NCBI RefSeq assembly: GCF_009914755.1
Contig: NC_060932.1
Source of the DNA: the human T2T-CHM13v2.0 reference genome, Homo sapiens
Strand: one strand, 5' to 3'
DNA: 64,000 bases
The notes under the pieces are model-generated. The model did not search any database. It saw only the letters and a program-made list of their open reading frames with translations, and was not told where the DNA came from. The position numbers were made by a program, and so were the translations under genes. Positions 27,048 through 40,590 of the stretch are shown here, piece after piece (the first letter of the stretch is position 1; each line of letters starts with the position of its first letter).

Positions 27048-28130
27048 AGAAGACTGCTCAGATGTTGTCTCTTAGAAGAGTCAATGCCAAGTTTAAAGTG
27101 ACTAAAGAATCAATTTACATTAATATTCTATGTGAACAGGCAAAAATACTTACAAAGAAGTAGAGAAAATATGAATTCAGTACAATGTGATGTGGAATCT
27201 GTTAAGATGTATTACAGAGGTTGGTGCTAAAAATGTGTGTGTAGTAGAAAAAGAAAAAAATTGAACAAATATACAAAGCTTAAGGAAATGTAATGTGCTT
27301 AAAGCCTATGGCTATTTATTTATTATTCATGGAATTCGTGGAAAATATTTGACTTCTATCACTTGTTATAGTTGTAAATATAGAACTATTGCCAGTTCTG
27401 TCAATATTTGTTAGAAATACAAGCTGAATAATCTGACTTGCCCTACTTATTTGATGAATTAGCAGTGGTAAATTTTCAATGGGATTTTTTGAGCACATAA
27501 CCAAAAATGAAGTTTTACTGAATGAATGAGAAAAATTACCTCAGCCACTATTAACTGAAAACTGAATGGCTTTTGATGTTAGCAGGAGGCAGAAATAATA
27601 TTTCTTAATTATTTCAATCTAAAATGAAAATGAAAAACAGTGCTAACGTGGAGCGTTTGCTGCAGTAATTTCAACAATCAACATTTGAATCACTGGTAAT
27701 GTCAAGTTGCTTTAAACACTTTACATGCTGTCTAAAGTTGCAGCAAGAAATAAGATCTTATTCCCATGCTGATTTGCAGTGGAAATATTTCCTAAACTCA
27801 AACTACAGGTCCAGCAGTGGTTTTTGCACCTTGATGCAAGTCGGAAGAAAATTTTTGTATTTTAAAATCCACTTTACTGTACAATTAAGGAGTTTCCACC
27901 AAATCTTCAAATATAAATGATTAAACCACAACATAATGACACAATACAAGGTGAATATCAAGAGAAGAGCCCAATAGAATTCAATATATGACTTCCAAGA
28001 GGTGACTATATTCAATTAAAATTATAAGCTCTTGGATTGATATCAATATTTAACAGTATTTACTTGTGTGAAAAGACATTTTCTAAGGTAAAATATGTAA
28101 AATCTTATGACATATCAGCAATAAACACTT
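27048..28130 (+). mobile_element. hAT-Charlie transposase fossil (GTF2IRD2/EPM2AIP1-like; Charlie7/8-type)
   Basis: Manual translation gives KEVEKI*IQYNVMWNLLRCITEVGAKN (~27154-27234), *ISSGKFSMGFFE (WLSxGK motif) and, at 27866-28105, NPLYCTIKEFPPNLQI*MI...LISIFNSIYLCEKTFSKVKYVKS (hAT dimerisation domain). Confidence 0.82.
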
Positions 28131-28159
28131 ATCACAAATCAACCCCCACTAAGCAGAAT

Positions 28160-28273
28160 ATCTTTAAACCATTGCCCCTGGCCGTGGGTGGGTGTGTGTG
28201 CGGGGTGCATGACTGAAGTCCCACACTCGTGTCTCTCTGGGCATGATAAATTTTGCATACCTCACACAGCTCA
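28160..28273 (-). mobile_element. MER34-family LTR 5' fragment
   Basis: Reverse complement TGAGCTGTGTGAGGTATGCAAAATTTATCATGCCCAGAGAGACACGAGTGTGGGACTTCAGTCATGC. Confidence 0.6.
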
Positions 28274-29009
28274 AAAAAATGTTAAGATCAAAGGGTTTTT
28301 TTCTTTCTAATTTGAATTGTGACTTTCTAATTTTTACTGGACTTCCTTTGTTTTCTCTACTTTTTTTTTTTTAATTCTGCATCTTTATCCTTCTCTCTGG
28401 ATCTTCCAAGTTTTCATTGTGATATTTGTTTCATCATGTCCTCCAATTTTTCTTAAAGCCCTTCATCTGGCTGCCAATCATTGCATCCTCTTTTATCAAT
28501 TTGAATTTTTGCCCCTAGCCTTGCAACACAGTTGTCATAGTGAACTCTAAGAGAAATTGAACCCGTTTGTCTGCCTGTCCGCCATGTCCTATGTTTATTA
28601 ACCTTGTTTTTCTAGACTATTAATTCACTAAATTCCTAAGATAGGGTCCTTGGGAGGTAACATTTGTGGGTTCTGAAAATATCTTTGTTTTGTCCTGACA
28701 TTTGATAATATTTTTGACTGAGTATAAAAATCTAGATTGAAATTTTTTTTTCATTACTTTGAAGGTTTTTCCCCATAATCTTTTAGCTTTTAGTAGACCT
28801 TATAATTTGTTGTCGTTTAAATTATCACTTATTAATGGACATTTTATTATGATATTTTCAATCTATTATATTCCATATATTTCAAATAGTTGTAATGCTG
28901 ACATATTACCATTATACATCTAGGTCTGGATATCTCATTTTTATTCTATTCAGAACTCTGTAAACCCTTTTAATAAGAAAATTTTGGTTTGCTTGTCTCT
29001 GCTAACTTT

Positions 29010-30410
29010 TCTTTTTTAAATTCTAATTTTTAAATTGTAAATTGACAAATTATAGTTGTATATGTTTATGGGGTACAAAGTGATGTCATGATTTATGAAT
29101 ACAATGTCAAAAAATTAAAGCAAATTGATTACCATATTCATCATCTCAAAATACTTACCATTTTTGTGGTGAAAACATTTGAAATTTGCTGTCAGCAATT
29201 TTGGAGTGTGCAATATATTATTATTTACCACATTCACCACTCTGTGAAATATATTAATATACTGAAGAAAAAAAAACTCATTTTCCCTAATTGAGGTTTT
29301 TTACCCTTCGACCATCATTGTCCCATTCCCCTGTACTACACCAGTTCCTGGTAACCATCATTCTTGTCTCTGCTTCTGTAAGTTCAATAGTTTTAGATTC
29401 TACCTGTAAGTGAAAACATGCAACATTTGTCTTTCTGTGCCTGGCTTATTTCACTTATCATAATGTTCTCCAATTCCATTCATGTTGTTGCAAATGACAG
29501 AATTTTTTTCTTTTTAAAGGCTGAATGGTGTTCTGTTGTGCACATATACTACATTTTATTTATCTGCTTCTCTTTTGATGGACACTTTGTTTGATTTCAT
29601 AACTTGACTGCTGTGAATAGTGCTATGAGGAACATGGCATGCAGACATCTCTTTGGCACACTAATTTCAAGTCTTTTGGCTAAATACCCAGAAGTGGGAT
29701 TGCTGGATCATATGCTAATTCTATTTTTAGTTTTCTCAGGAACCTCCCTGGTTTGCTATAGCAGCTGTACTAATTTACATTTCTACCAGCAGTGTGCCTA
29801 GCTTCCCTTTTCTCCACATCCTCACCAGCACCTGTTGTCTTGTCTTTTTGATAATAGCCATTCTAACAGGTGTGGAGTGATATCTTATTGTGGTTTTAAT
29901 TCATGGTTGTCTGATGTAGTGAAGTTGAACAACTATTTTCATATATATCTGTTGGTTATTTGTATGTATCCTTTTCAGACATGTCTATTCAGGTCCCTTG
30001 CCCATTTTAAATTGGGTTATTTGTTTTCCTTCTATAGGATTGAGTTGCATATCTATTTTGGATGTTAACCCCTTATCAGTTGTATGGCTTGAAAATATTT
30101 TATCTCAATCCTTAGGTTGTCTCATCACCCTGTTATTTTCTTTGTTGTGCCAAAGCTTTCTATTTTTATGTAATTACATTTGTCTATTTTTGCTTTTGTT
30201 GCTTTGGGTCAAAACTAAAGAACCCTGGCCCAAACCAATGTCATTTTATTTATTTTTTCTATGATTTATCCTACTAGTTTTACATTTTCAGATCTTAAAT
30301 CATCTTACATCGATTTTTGTATATGGTAAGAGATCGATGTCTTGTTTCATTCTTCTGCATGTGGATATCCAGGTTTCCTAGCACCATTTATTGAAGAGAC
30401 TGTCTTTTTC
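29010..30410 (-). mobile_element. L1MA-type 3' end (3'UTR and ORF2 C-terminus), flanked by older degraded L1M sequence
   Basis: TGTATATGTTTATGGGGTACAAAGTGATG...GTCTTTCTGTGCCTGGCTTATTTCACTT...AGCACCATTTATTGAAGAGACTGTC. Confidence 0.85.
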
Positions 30411-31448
30411 TTATGATATTTTCTGATAATATCTATTATTGTGTTTTCTGATAATATCAGTTCTCATTTTCTACATTCTAGAATATTAAGTAATTAAATA
30501 TGACATCACATATTAATTCTGAATGGCTTTTATTTCCTTTTATATCATTATTCCCTAGCTATTTATCTTTTTTTCCTACAACATTTTAGAGAGTGCCTCA
30601 AAATTATCTTCCATTTTTTGTAGTTCCTACTTTTACATTTGTAATTATATTTTTAATTTTTTAAACTCTTTCTTGTCTCTAATAATTTTGATTAAATTTT
30701 TCTAAGAATACTAGTATAAATGTCACTTAATTGTTAATATTTCTGAAAAAGTTTTTGATTCCTCTGGGACATTCTTTTCTACATGCCTTGGCTTTTCTCT
30801 TATATGTTAATTGTTAGGTAATATTTGATTATTTATTTATATCTTAAGTCAGTAAAGACGACCTCTGTATACTTAGGTAAATACAGTCAACTGGCTTTGC
30901 TTTAAGGTGACAAGACGAGGCTGAAGTCCTACTCATTACCACGAAAACTCCTAAGTGCCAAAACAATGAAGTTTTAATTTGATGTGATAAAACTCCCAGT
31001 ATGAGCTTTAACTTTAGAGATAGTTTTTATCATTTCAGTAGAAAATAAATCTCTGATATTTTTATCTAGGCTTAATCGCCTCGCTGAAAGCCTTTCTGTA
31101 TCCACACAAGGTATAGAGACAAGGAATGGGTAAATGAACTGTTTCATATATAAACTTTCTATTAGTGTCTCTGCTTCAGCCATGCACCTCTGCTTCTCTG
31201 TTGGCTGAACTTGCTGCTTAATTAAGTTGGTGTTCTCCCTGAATGCAGCCATACAGCATTAGTTTATGTTCCAGACTGTGGCTTCCTCTGCTCTCCCTAA
31301 TCAATCTATATAATAGTTATTTCTCTTTGGTTTTCTCAAATATTTGTTGAGAAATGTGTTCAGGAACAGAATATCCTCATTAAGAAAAAACCTTTACATA
31401 TTTTTAAATAGAGTGTTTAGAAAGAAAAGAAACAAAGATGGGACATGC

Positions 31449-32148
31449 TGTTACAGTAGGCAGCTAGTCAGACATGAGCAGGGCAGGAGAGGCCCCCCAA
31501 CCAGGAATGCCAGGTGACCAGCAGGTGATGGTCGTGCAGTTGTTAAACTGTCTCTCTAAAATAATGATTGGTCCCAGCCAGCGCCAGGGAAAGGCTGTGT
31601 CCTGATAAACAGACACACCTGAAACTTGTGATTAGCAGCTTCCTGATAAGATCCCAGGAGCTGAGCAAGTGGGCTCAAGCATACGCATTATGAGGCAAAA
31701 TGGCTGGAGTTAACTGGTATATGACCTCCTAGAGACATTTGACTGCTAAAGGAAGAACACCTCAAATGAGCATGTGTACAACTCCAGTAAACACACTGCA
31801 GATGCTCACCTCCCAAGTGCTAGCAGGCCACTGCACATGTAGACAGCCCACCCCAAGGGAAGAATCAGGGGAGCAAGAATGCAAGACCCTGGAAGCATAC
31901 CAACGTATGAAACCTAAAGTCAAAGGTCAAACCATGCACTTGATCTCTCAAGTCACCTGCTTGGCCATCTTCCAACTGTACTTTATTTCCTTTCATTCCT
32001 GCTCTAAAGCTTTTAATAAACTTTTACTCCTGTTCTAAAACTTGCCTTGATCTCTCCTTCTGCCTATGACCCTCAGTCAAGTTCTTTCTTCTGAGGAGGC
32101 ATGAATTGAGGTTGCTGCAGGACCCATATGGATTCACTGCCAGTAACA
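31449..32148 (+). mobile_element. ERV1 solo LTR (MER50)
   Basis: TGTTACAGTAGGCAGCTAGTCAGACATGAGCAGGGCAGGAGAGG start, TTTTAATAAACTTT polyA signal, GCCAGTAACA end. Confidence 0.85.
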
Positions 32149-32217
32149 TGTATTTACTGCTGGTGCCTTGGTCTGCCATATTGAAGTGCCTTAGTTTGCC
32201 ACATTGAAGTGGAAACA

Positions 32218-33960
32218 CACATTCAACAACTATTTATTGAGCACCTACTGTGTGGCATCATTCTGCCATATTTTTATGAACAGAAAAGAAATGGTCTCTA
32301 GCCTTGTAAATGTTACCTTCTAGTGACAATGACTAAGTAAACAAACATTTACAATATAATTAAAAGATAAGATGAGTATAATATTTAGAGAAAAGACAGT
32401 ACTCTGTGAGAGGTAATGATAGAAGAAACAAACCGTAGATTTATTGCCAAGGAAAACAACAACAACAAAACACTGATTAGAAAACAAGTCCAGCTCTAAA
32501 AGATAAAGGAGAGCCAAACATGCAAAGAGAGGGTGGGTAGAATCTTACAGACAAAAGGATCTCTGTTTGAAAAGACATTTTAGGAAGCAAAAGTGAGTGG
32601 CTGAAAGAAAGCCAGAGTCTGCTACTGAGGAAGTAGATCAAAAAGAGTTTAGAGACAGAGGCAGAGCCCAAACTATTTAGGACACTGTAAGACACAAGAG
32701 TATAGATGTTATTTTATGTACTTTGAGATGTTTTATGAAATAATTTATGTTTTAGAAAGATCATTTTGCTCTTCTGAGTAGGAACAAGTTGGAGAGGAAA
32801 GGTGGGAGGTGTGTCTAAAAATCAGGAACTTATCCCAAGTATTAAGAGAGAGATGGTGGTGGCTTGAGATGATGCTAGCAGAAGAGAAAAGAATGAGAAT
32901 AGATTCCGTATGGGTGAGAAAGATTGAATTGCTGATACTTAGTGATGGAATGGTTTTTGGAGGTGAGGAAAACATTCAGATGACTTGAATTTTTTACTGC
33001 AAACCTGATTGTCTTGTGAAATGTTTATTGAGATGGAGAAGAATGACCAAGAAAGGAATGAAAAATTTAATTTTGGACTCATTAAGTTTAAAACATTCAA
33101 ATACAAATGCCAAGATGAGAAGGTGAGACTGAAGATTTAAATTTTGTTTTATTGGCATAGATGTAGGAATGAAAACTATGTGACTCAGTAAAATGACCTA
33201 AAGATAAAGAAAAAGGGATAAAAAGAGGGGTTATAACCAAGTTCTCAGGTTAGATACAGACAGAAGAGCCAGCAAAAAAGACTGAAGAAGAATATAATCA
33301 GGAAGACATGGGTGGTGGGGCACGGGGGCTTATACCTCTAATCCCAGAACTTTGGGAGGCCAAGGCTGACAGATTGCTTGAGCCTAGTTTGAGACCAACA
33401 TGGTCAATATGGGAAAACCCGTCTCTACAAAAAAACACAAAATTAGCTGAACATAGTGATGTGCTCCTGTAGTCCCAGCTACTTGGGGAGGCTTAGGCAG
33501 GTGGATTGCTTGAGCCCTGGAGGTCAAGGCTGCAGTAAGCTGTGATCATGCCAGTGGACTCCAGCCTGCCTGGTTGCCTAGATGACAGAATGAGACCCTG
33601 TCTCTCTCTTAAAAACAAAACACACAAAAAAAGATATGGGAAGGGGAGATAGGCAGAAAGCCAGAAATAAGCCAGAAATTTCTATATCTGGGAAGTCACG
33701 AGAAAGGAGAGTTCAAGGAAGGCAGCTTTCAAATGAGAGGCAGAGAGGTATGCATTTGATTCGGTAATGCAAAGATCATTGTTTACTCTGAAAATGGCTA
33801 TTTCAGAAAAGCAGAAAGGCAAGTTAGATTGGAGTATTTCTAAGTGTAAATATGAGATAAGGAAGTAGTTGGGAAAAATATGTATTTAAAATTATTATAG
33901 AAATTTTATATACGAGAGAGATGAGAAAGGAACTGAATGGATATAGGATAAAGGAGGATA
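32218..33960 (-). mobile_element. L2 (3' portion), split by AluJ
   Basis: CATTCAACAACTATTTATTGAGCACCTACTGTGTG 3' end followed by purine-rich L2 body (TTTTAGAAAGATCATTTTG...). Confidence 0.75.
33313..33630 (+). mobile_element. AluJ
   Basis: GATTGCTTGAGCCCTGGAGGTCAAGGCTGCAGT; TSD AAGA(C/T)ATGGG at 33303 and 33631. Confidence 0.88.
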
Positions 33961-34637
33961 TTTAAGTGTGCTTATTTGTTTGATTATAAAATGGAAGACA
34001 TTACTTCTTAATACATAAAGCTTCTGACATAAGCGCTTGGGTCCACTGTTGTGCCTGTAATGTTCTCGATGGCCTGAGACAAGTGAGCCACTTGCCTTAG
34101 TCCTTCAGCAGTCTCATCAGCTTTCCCTAGTATGATTTCAAATGATTAGAACTTTATATGTGTTATGTTGTAAAACATGTGAACCATGACTTCTGGAGTA
34201 TAGAAAGCATCCAACAGAGAGAGGTAGACAGAGCTTAATGACACAGGAAGAAGATAAATGATGAAAGTAAAGTCATGGAGAAGGCAGCACATGTAGAATG
34301 ATTCACCTTTGCCGAGAGATAGAAACACCACCAATGCCACCCCAATATTTTCAGGAAAAAGGAGAGAAGTTGTTCCTGGCAGATGCAGGTAGGTGTATAG
34401 ATTTGGTCCTGAGAACATAATGGGCATTTCTTTGAATGATTTCCATTCTCCATGTAAAATGTAAGGCAAGATTGCATGTGCAAGTGAGGAGGAAAAAGGT
34501 AGGGCATTTGCAGAGCATGGAGGAGATGTGGAATAGTTATTTCAAAGAGAAAGAACAATGTTACTTGAGAGAATGGTTTTATGTCCATTTGAGGTGCTGC
34601 ATCTTGCTCAGCTATTCTGATCAGAGATGTAACATTC

Positions 34638-34960
<323 letters not shown>

Positions 34961-35019
34961 AGATGAAACATTGTTAAATGTAGTTATATAATTATTTGTG
35001 TACATTGCTTAAATTCTAA

Positions 35020-35146
35020 CATATCTAGAATATAAACCCCTGGAAGCCAGGAATGTTTGTATCCCTTAGGGCTTCATTGCTGACACTAGATGCAAAGTAA
35101 GCACACAACACATATTTGTTGAATGAATGAATGTGTTAATGAATGA
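35020..35146 (+). mobile_element. L2 3' end
   Basis: CTAGAATATAAACCCC...ATATTTGTTGAATGAATGAATG. Confidence 0.65.
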
Positions 35147-37539
35147 GCAATTCTGACTCTTACAAAAGGCTTTTATATGATCAAGAGACTATTCAGTGAA
35201 TTGCAACATTGGATTTTGGGGGAAGAGCCTCCTTTTGTCCAATTATTTATCTTCTCCTCCATCTTTTCCTCCTCTATTTCTTCCTCTCATCCAAATAATA
35301 CATAACCATATCCAGCCAAACCCATTTAAAAAATATTGCTCCCTAATGTAAAGGTTGATTTTCAGCCAAAATGCCTGTAACTGATTTAATTGGACAAATC
35401 TTAGAACAAATTAAAAATTTAATAATAAATCCTCCAAGTAGGAATCACCTTTCTAGCATAATCTTTTAATGGTGGATGGTCTTTTCACACATAATGCCAA
35501 AGTCAGCTCTTTTCCATGAATCCTGTACTATCAGGTTTAAGATATAGCTTTAACTTGATTGACTCCACTTTCTTTTTTGCCCCAAGGAAACCTGTTGACT
35601 CTGTTGGCATATTTACTGCTGCCCTTGCAGATATATGAACTATCCCAAGCATAATGTGACCACAGATGGTATAAAGCTCACTTTAATCAATCTCTTGCTG
35701 TGTTTCTGGAATCGCCACTGGCAGCCCCGGCTTCAAGCCTGATTGTCAGTGCCCAACATGTGCACCCTGGTTGTGTGGGGGCACTCATCTATTTAATTTT
35801 AATAGAACACAATGTAGCATCTTTACCTTGCAGTTTTCAAGAGAGTAAATATTGCTCACTACTCTTCAGCTATTTCATGGATGACTATTCTGTCTGAGCG
35901 AAGGGATTTCAATGTGTTGGATCTTTCTGTATAAAAGAAGCAAGCAGATGATGTGAAATGTTTTAATCTTCCTCAAGTGACTATAACATTATTTCAAGCA
36001 GTCTTTTGCTTCCTTGGACCAACAGAAAAGGGGCATGGCTTGTTACACTAACCAAATGCATATCATCATTATCTGCTTCTGGGAAACCGACCTCCAGCTT
36101 TGTTGGACAATCTGGAGTAGAAAATGCTATTTGTTTACCTGGTTCAGATTTTAGTGGAGAATGCTGTCTTTCATCTTCACAGCTCTAATACCTGTTTGTG
36201 AAATTGAACTGCAGTTTTGGAAGAGGTTTTATCCTCTGGTAGCTGCAGGGTAAATGCAGATTTTCTAGCTACTCTTAACACCTTGGGGTGAATATCAGGA
36301 AAAGTAGAGTGGAAAGGAGTGATCTGACTAAATTGAATATGCTTTTTGTACCCATTAGTAAATGACAGAGGCCAGGTTAAAAATTACCTTAGATTTTGTA
36401 CAACTCTGAGACAATTAAAAGTATTATTAACTCTTTTTGCAAATAGGGAAAATTAAGCTTGATTCTATCCAAATAAAAAAGTATACACATTCTTCCTCTG
36501 TCAAATTACTACAAATACTCTAACATATGATATTCAAATATTACATTAACTGAAAACATTCTCTATTAGAGATTCTTCCTACTTATCAAGAATCTGTTCT
36601 TTTTATAAAAGTTCCAGAAATAAATTTAACAATTCCCAAATGCTACCTTAATTTAACCTTTTGTTCTAATTTAATTTCGACACTTTTATGAATTATACTG
36701 ATGGATGGAATTCAAATAACATAGCAAAAAACTGAAACAAACTAAGAAACATAATATTTCTTTTATTTGGGTGTCTAGATATCATCCCGTATTATGAAAA
36801 CCAATATGGAAGGTTGGGTAGCAATCCCAACAGATGAAAGTATCCTTTCTAATATCATGTTAGACTTCATTACCCCATAGGAAAGTGGGGCTTCATCAGG
36901 TTTCAAAAGTGCAATCCAAAGAAGACCTGTAAGCACAGGAGTCATATTAATACCAAGAGGTGATTATTAGAATTATTATGCATTTGTACTGTAACTAGAT
37001 TTATTAAGACTGGATTATATTTCATATTCATTAATTAATTAATGTATCAGTATTCCTCTCAAGAAATAATGGGAAAATTATTCAAGTAACTCCAAGAAAC
37101 AATGTAATATAATTTATATTTAGTTTACATATATATAATTTTTCATGCAATATAACGTTTTTGCTATGTGTCTATTCTTATTTTAGAGCACTTCACATGC
37201 CACTAAATTGTTGCATGTTTTATGGAATTGTCAAATGTCACTGTCAATTTTTTTTAATAATATAAAGCAGAACTTGTGTGAAAAAAATCAGCAAGTATCC
37301 TCCTGTTATTGACCTTAAGACAGGCATATATTCAAACAACTATATTTAAATTTTCATGATCCTGAGCCCTTAAATCCTTTTTGCCATGTTATCCATCACT
37401 AGGCTGATAAATAGCATAGCATTTCGATATAATTTTACATAAGTAAAGAATTCATTCAAAAAATTAAGATTCTCATTAATTACTTTGGAGAAAAAAACCG
37501 CTCACTATGAAAGGTGACATTATTTCTCACCTTACCGGT

Positions 37540-38107
37540 ACCCATTCCTGTCTGCCTCCCTCTCCCAAATCACCTTCTTTTGGTTTCAGATTTCCATCAC
37601 TGACTGACTTTTTGGTCTAAAGGTATCTCTCATTCCTCTTCCTACAATGATTGGCACAGCATTGTAGACCTGACCCAATCAGTACATGACATTTATCTTG
37701 TTACCAGGAATGATTCATAAATGAGCAGATTAGTTACTTAATTCAGGCAAAAAAAGTTGCACGATAGGTTTACTGGGACTTCTAAAAAGAGACAAAACAC
37801 ATTCTTTCTTTCTCTGGACATTGTAGTGTGAAAATGTGAAGTGTGAATTACAACAGGTTTTTTTTTTTCTCCAATAATCCACCTCCTGATAAAGCCAAAT
37901 AAGAGAGAAGGACACAGTTGGAAAATATCGCCTAGACATAGCACAGCATGAGAGGCATTAGAGTTAGTCCCAGTGAAAACCCTCCTCTAGGTCCTCTGGT
38001 TATATCCGTTTCTAAGGAAATGTATTTCTTGGGAAATACATTTCCTTTGATCTTGGTCCAGTTTAGGTTTTATGTTATTTGTAGATGAAAGTTTTCTAAC
38101 TGATACA
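37540..38107 (+). mobile_element. Old MaLR LTR (MLT1J/K-like)
   Basis: TGACCCAATCAG core and CCAGTTTAGGTTTTATGTTATTTGTAGATGAAAGTTTTCTAACTGATACA end. Confidence 0.55.
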
Positions 38108-39174
38108 TATGACTATTATTACTATTGATTGGGCACAGTATTCTAAAGAGGATGCCAAATATGTTATATGTGATATTTCACCTGATAGTCATCAATATGA
38201 AGTATGGTTATAGGTTCAATTTTAAAGATACAGCCCAGAATCACATAGGTGATGAGTGGTAGAGCAAGGATTCAAGCCAAAATCTGACCCCAAATTCTGC
38301 AAAGCTATTTTGCCTCAACACTATTCAATAATCAGTATATTAGTATCTTTTCAGGAAATTTAAAGGGAATGCCTATGTGAGTACTTTTGGACTGTGGATA
38401 ATATGAAATATCATTTCAGGGGCATAGTCATTTCTGTCTGGAAGAGAAAAGAGCATTTCTCTAATTCTAATTGATATTAAAATAAAATTCTGTGCATTTG
38501 TACCACACAACACTTTTAATCACATGTTGCTAAGGTGGCACATTGATTCAGAGCCCTTTGAGTTGAAGTATTTATGTAAACTGTATCATTGAGACAGTTG
38601 GAGTGCCTTAGGCATAGGGAAATGCTCAGAGGAGAATCAAGACTGCTCTCTTATTGATAAATCTGGGCTCTTGGAATTACCGTAATGAAATAAGAATAGA
38701 AAGAAACACATAATCTATGTAACTAATGTCATGCAGAAAGCATAAGGTGTTGTCTTTTTGTTAGCCACAAGAATGAATGAAATACCAATGAAATGAGACT
38801 CTTTTAGGTAACTGAGACTACATTCCTTCACATGGGAAGATGAAATATTCTCTCAGAAAGATAAGATCTATTCTTTATATTTTATTCTTTATACTATATA
38901 ATTTAATAACCTTTTGAATAATTTCTGGTAGAATTGGAATCATGACTTCTATCATCATTTCCTATGGAATGTGGATGGTACCTGGGATACAGAAACATCC
39001 CTCCTTCCACCAGAAATGGGAAAGATACAGTCAGAATACAGCAGTAGCTAACATCCTCATTGCTACAGTCATCTTTAGTGAGAGTTGTATAGGGAACAAC
39101 AGTGACTGAAAATATCTCATTTTAACAGAAGAAAGAACAAGGAATATCTTTATTCATGAGTAGTAGTGGTGAGA

Positions 39175-39282
39175 TCCAGTAGAGTATAGAGGTAGAGATT
39201 GTGCTTTGGAGCCAGACTTCCAGGGTTTGAATTCTGCATGTGTTCCACCACTTACTATCTGGGTGATCTTTAGGAAAACTTT
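39175..39282 (+). mobile_element. MIR fragment
   Basis: GCTTTGGAGCCAGACTTCCAGGGTTTGAATTC...CCACTTACTATCTGGGTGATCTT. Confidence 0.7.
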
Positions 39283-39283
39283 G

Positions 39284-39491
39284 CTTCCTTCCTTCTTTCC
39301 TCCCTCCCTCCCTCCCTCTCTCTCCCTTCCTTCCTTCCTTCCTTCCATCCATCCATCCATCCTTCCTTCCTTCCTTCTTTCCTTCCTTCTTCCTTCCTTC
39401 CTTCCTTCCTCCCTCCCTCTTCCCTCCCTTCCTCCCTCTTCCCTCCATTTCCCTCCTCTCCCCTCCCCTCCCCTTCCCTTCTTTCCTTCCT
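39284..39491. repeat. Pyrimidine-rich (TTCC)n/(TCCC)n/(ATCC)n repeat, resuming at 39911-39960
   Basis: Seen directly. Confidence 0.95.
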
Positions 39492-39905
39492 TGTTAGGAA
39501 CAAGCTGCCCCAGGAAGCTTCTCAGTGCATCTGACCCTTCCCTCAAATGCTCTACAGCTGACCCTTCCCCAGATGCTCTACAGCTGCATTCCTGAACCCT
39601 TATCTAGGCACCACAGCAAGGTCACCAGACTTGCTACGCTGAGCAAACCCTGATTACAGCATGGAGGAGGTCACGAGAAATGTGGATAAACCTAAGTTAT
39701 ACCCTCTTGTAAATTCCTCCGGTCACGAGATGATATGTAGTAAAGTTAACTGACAAACAACTCCAGAGTCTCTCTCCCCCATATGAACCCCTCATTTTTT
39801 AAGCTCACGGCTTCCTCCTCTGACTGGTGGAGCAGCCCGGCAGGTTAATAAACATACTTGCCTGACCTTGGGTCTATCTCATCCTTTCTCTCGGCTAACC
39901 CTACA
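39492..39905 (+). mobile_element. Solo LTR (ERVL, LTR32-like)
   Basis: TGTTAGGAACAAGCTGCCCCAGG start; GGAGCAGCCCGGCAGGTTAATAAAC...CGGCTAACCCTACA end; CTTGT on both flanks. Family name uncertain. Confidence 0.65.
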
Positions 39906-40004
39906 CTTGTTTCCTTCCTTCCTTCCTTCTTTCCTTCTTTCTTTTTTTTCTTTCTTTTTCAAAATCCTATCTATATGTGGTCATGAGATTTAATTAAACA
40001 ATTA

Positions 40005-40293
<289 letters not shown>

Positions 40294-40364
40294 TTAAACA
40301 ATATAATAAGCAATAAGCCCTGATATTTTCTAGTAGCAGTAATGATGCTAATAATCACAGAAAT

Positions 40365-40590
40365 AAAAATGAAATGGTTGCCATATAATATACCATGCAC
40401 TGGCCAAATTTGATGCTTTACAAATATTATTTAATCATCAAATACTGCCTTAATGAGAGAGGGAGATAGTATCCATATTTTCAGATGAGCAAGTAAAGAA
40501 ACAGTGGTTAAGAAACTTTTCCAGGTTCAGCTGGCTTGGGAAAGCCAGGATATAAAGTCAGATCTGCCTATTGTCAAGACTATGCTATTC
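40365..40590 (-). mobile_element. MIR
   Basis: TCCATATTTTCAGATGAGCAAG core. Confidence 0.6.

Noticed and set aside
39122-39595. Glu/Gly/Arg/Lys-rich or Pro/Ser-rich ORFs (also 22731-22922 and 13102-13503)
   Set aside because: They are translations of GGAA/TTCC or TA/CA simple repeats.
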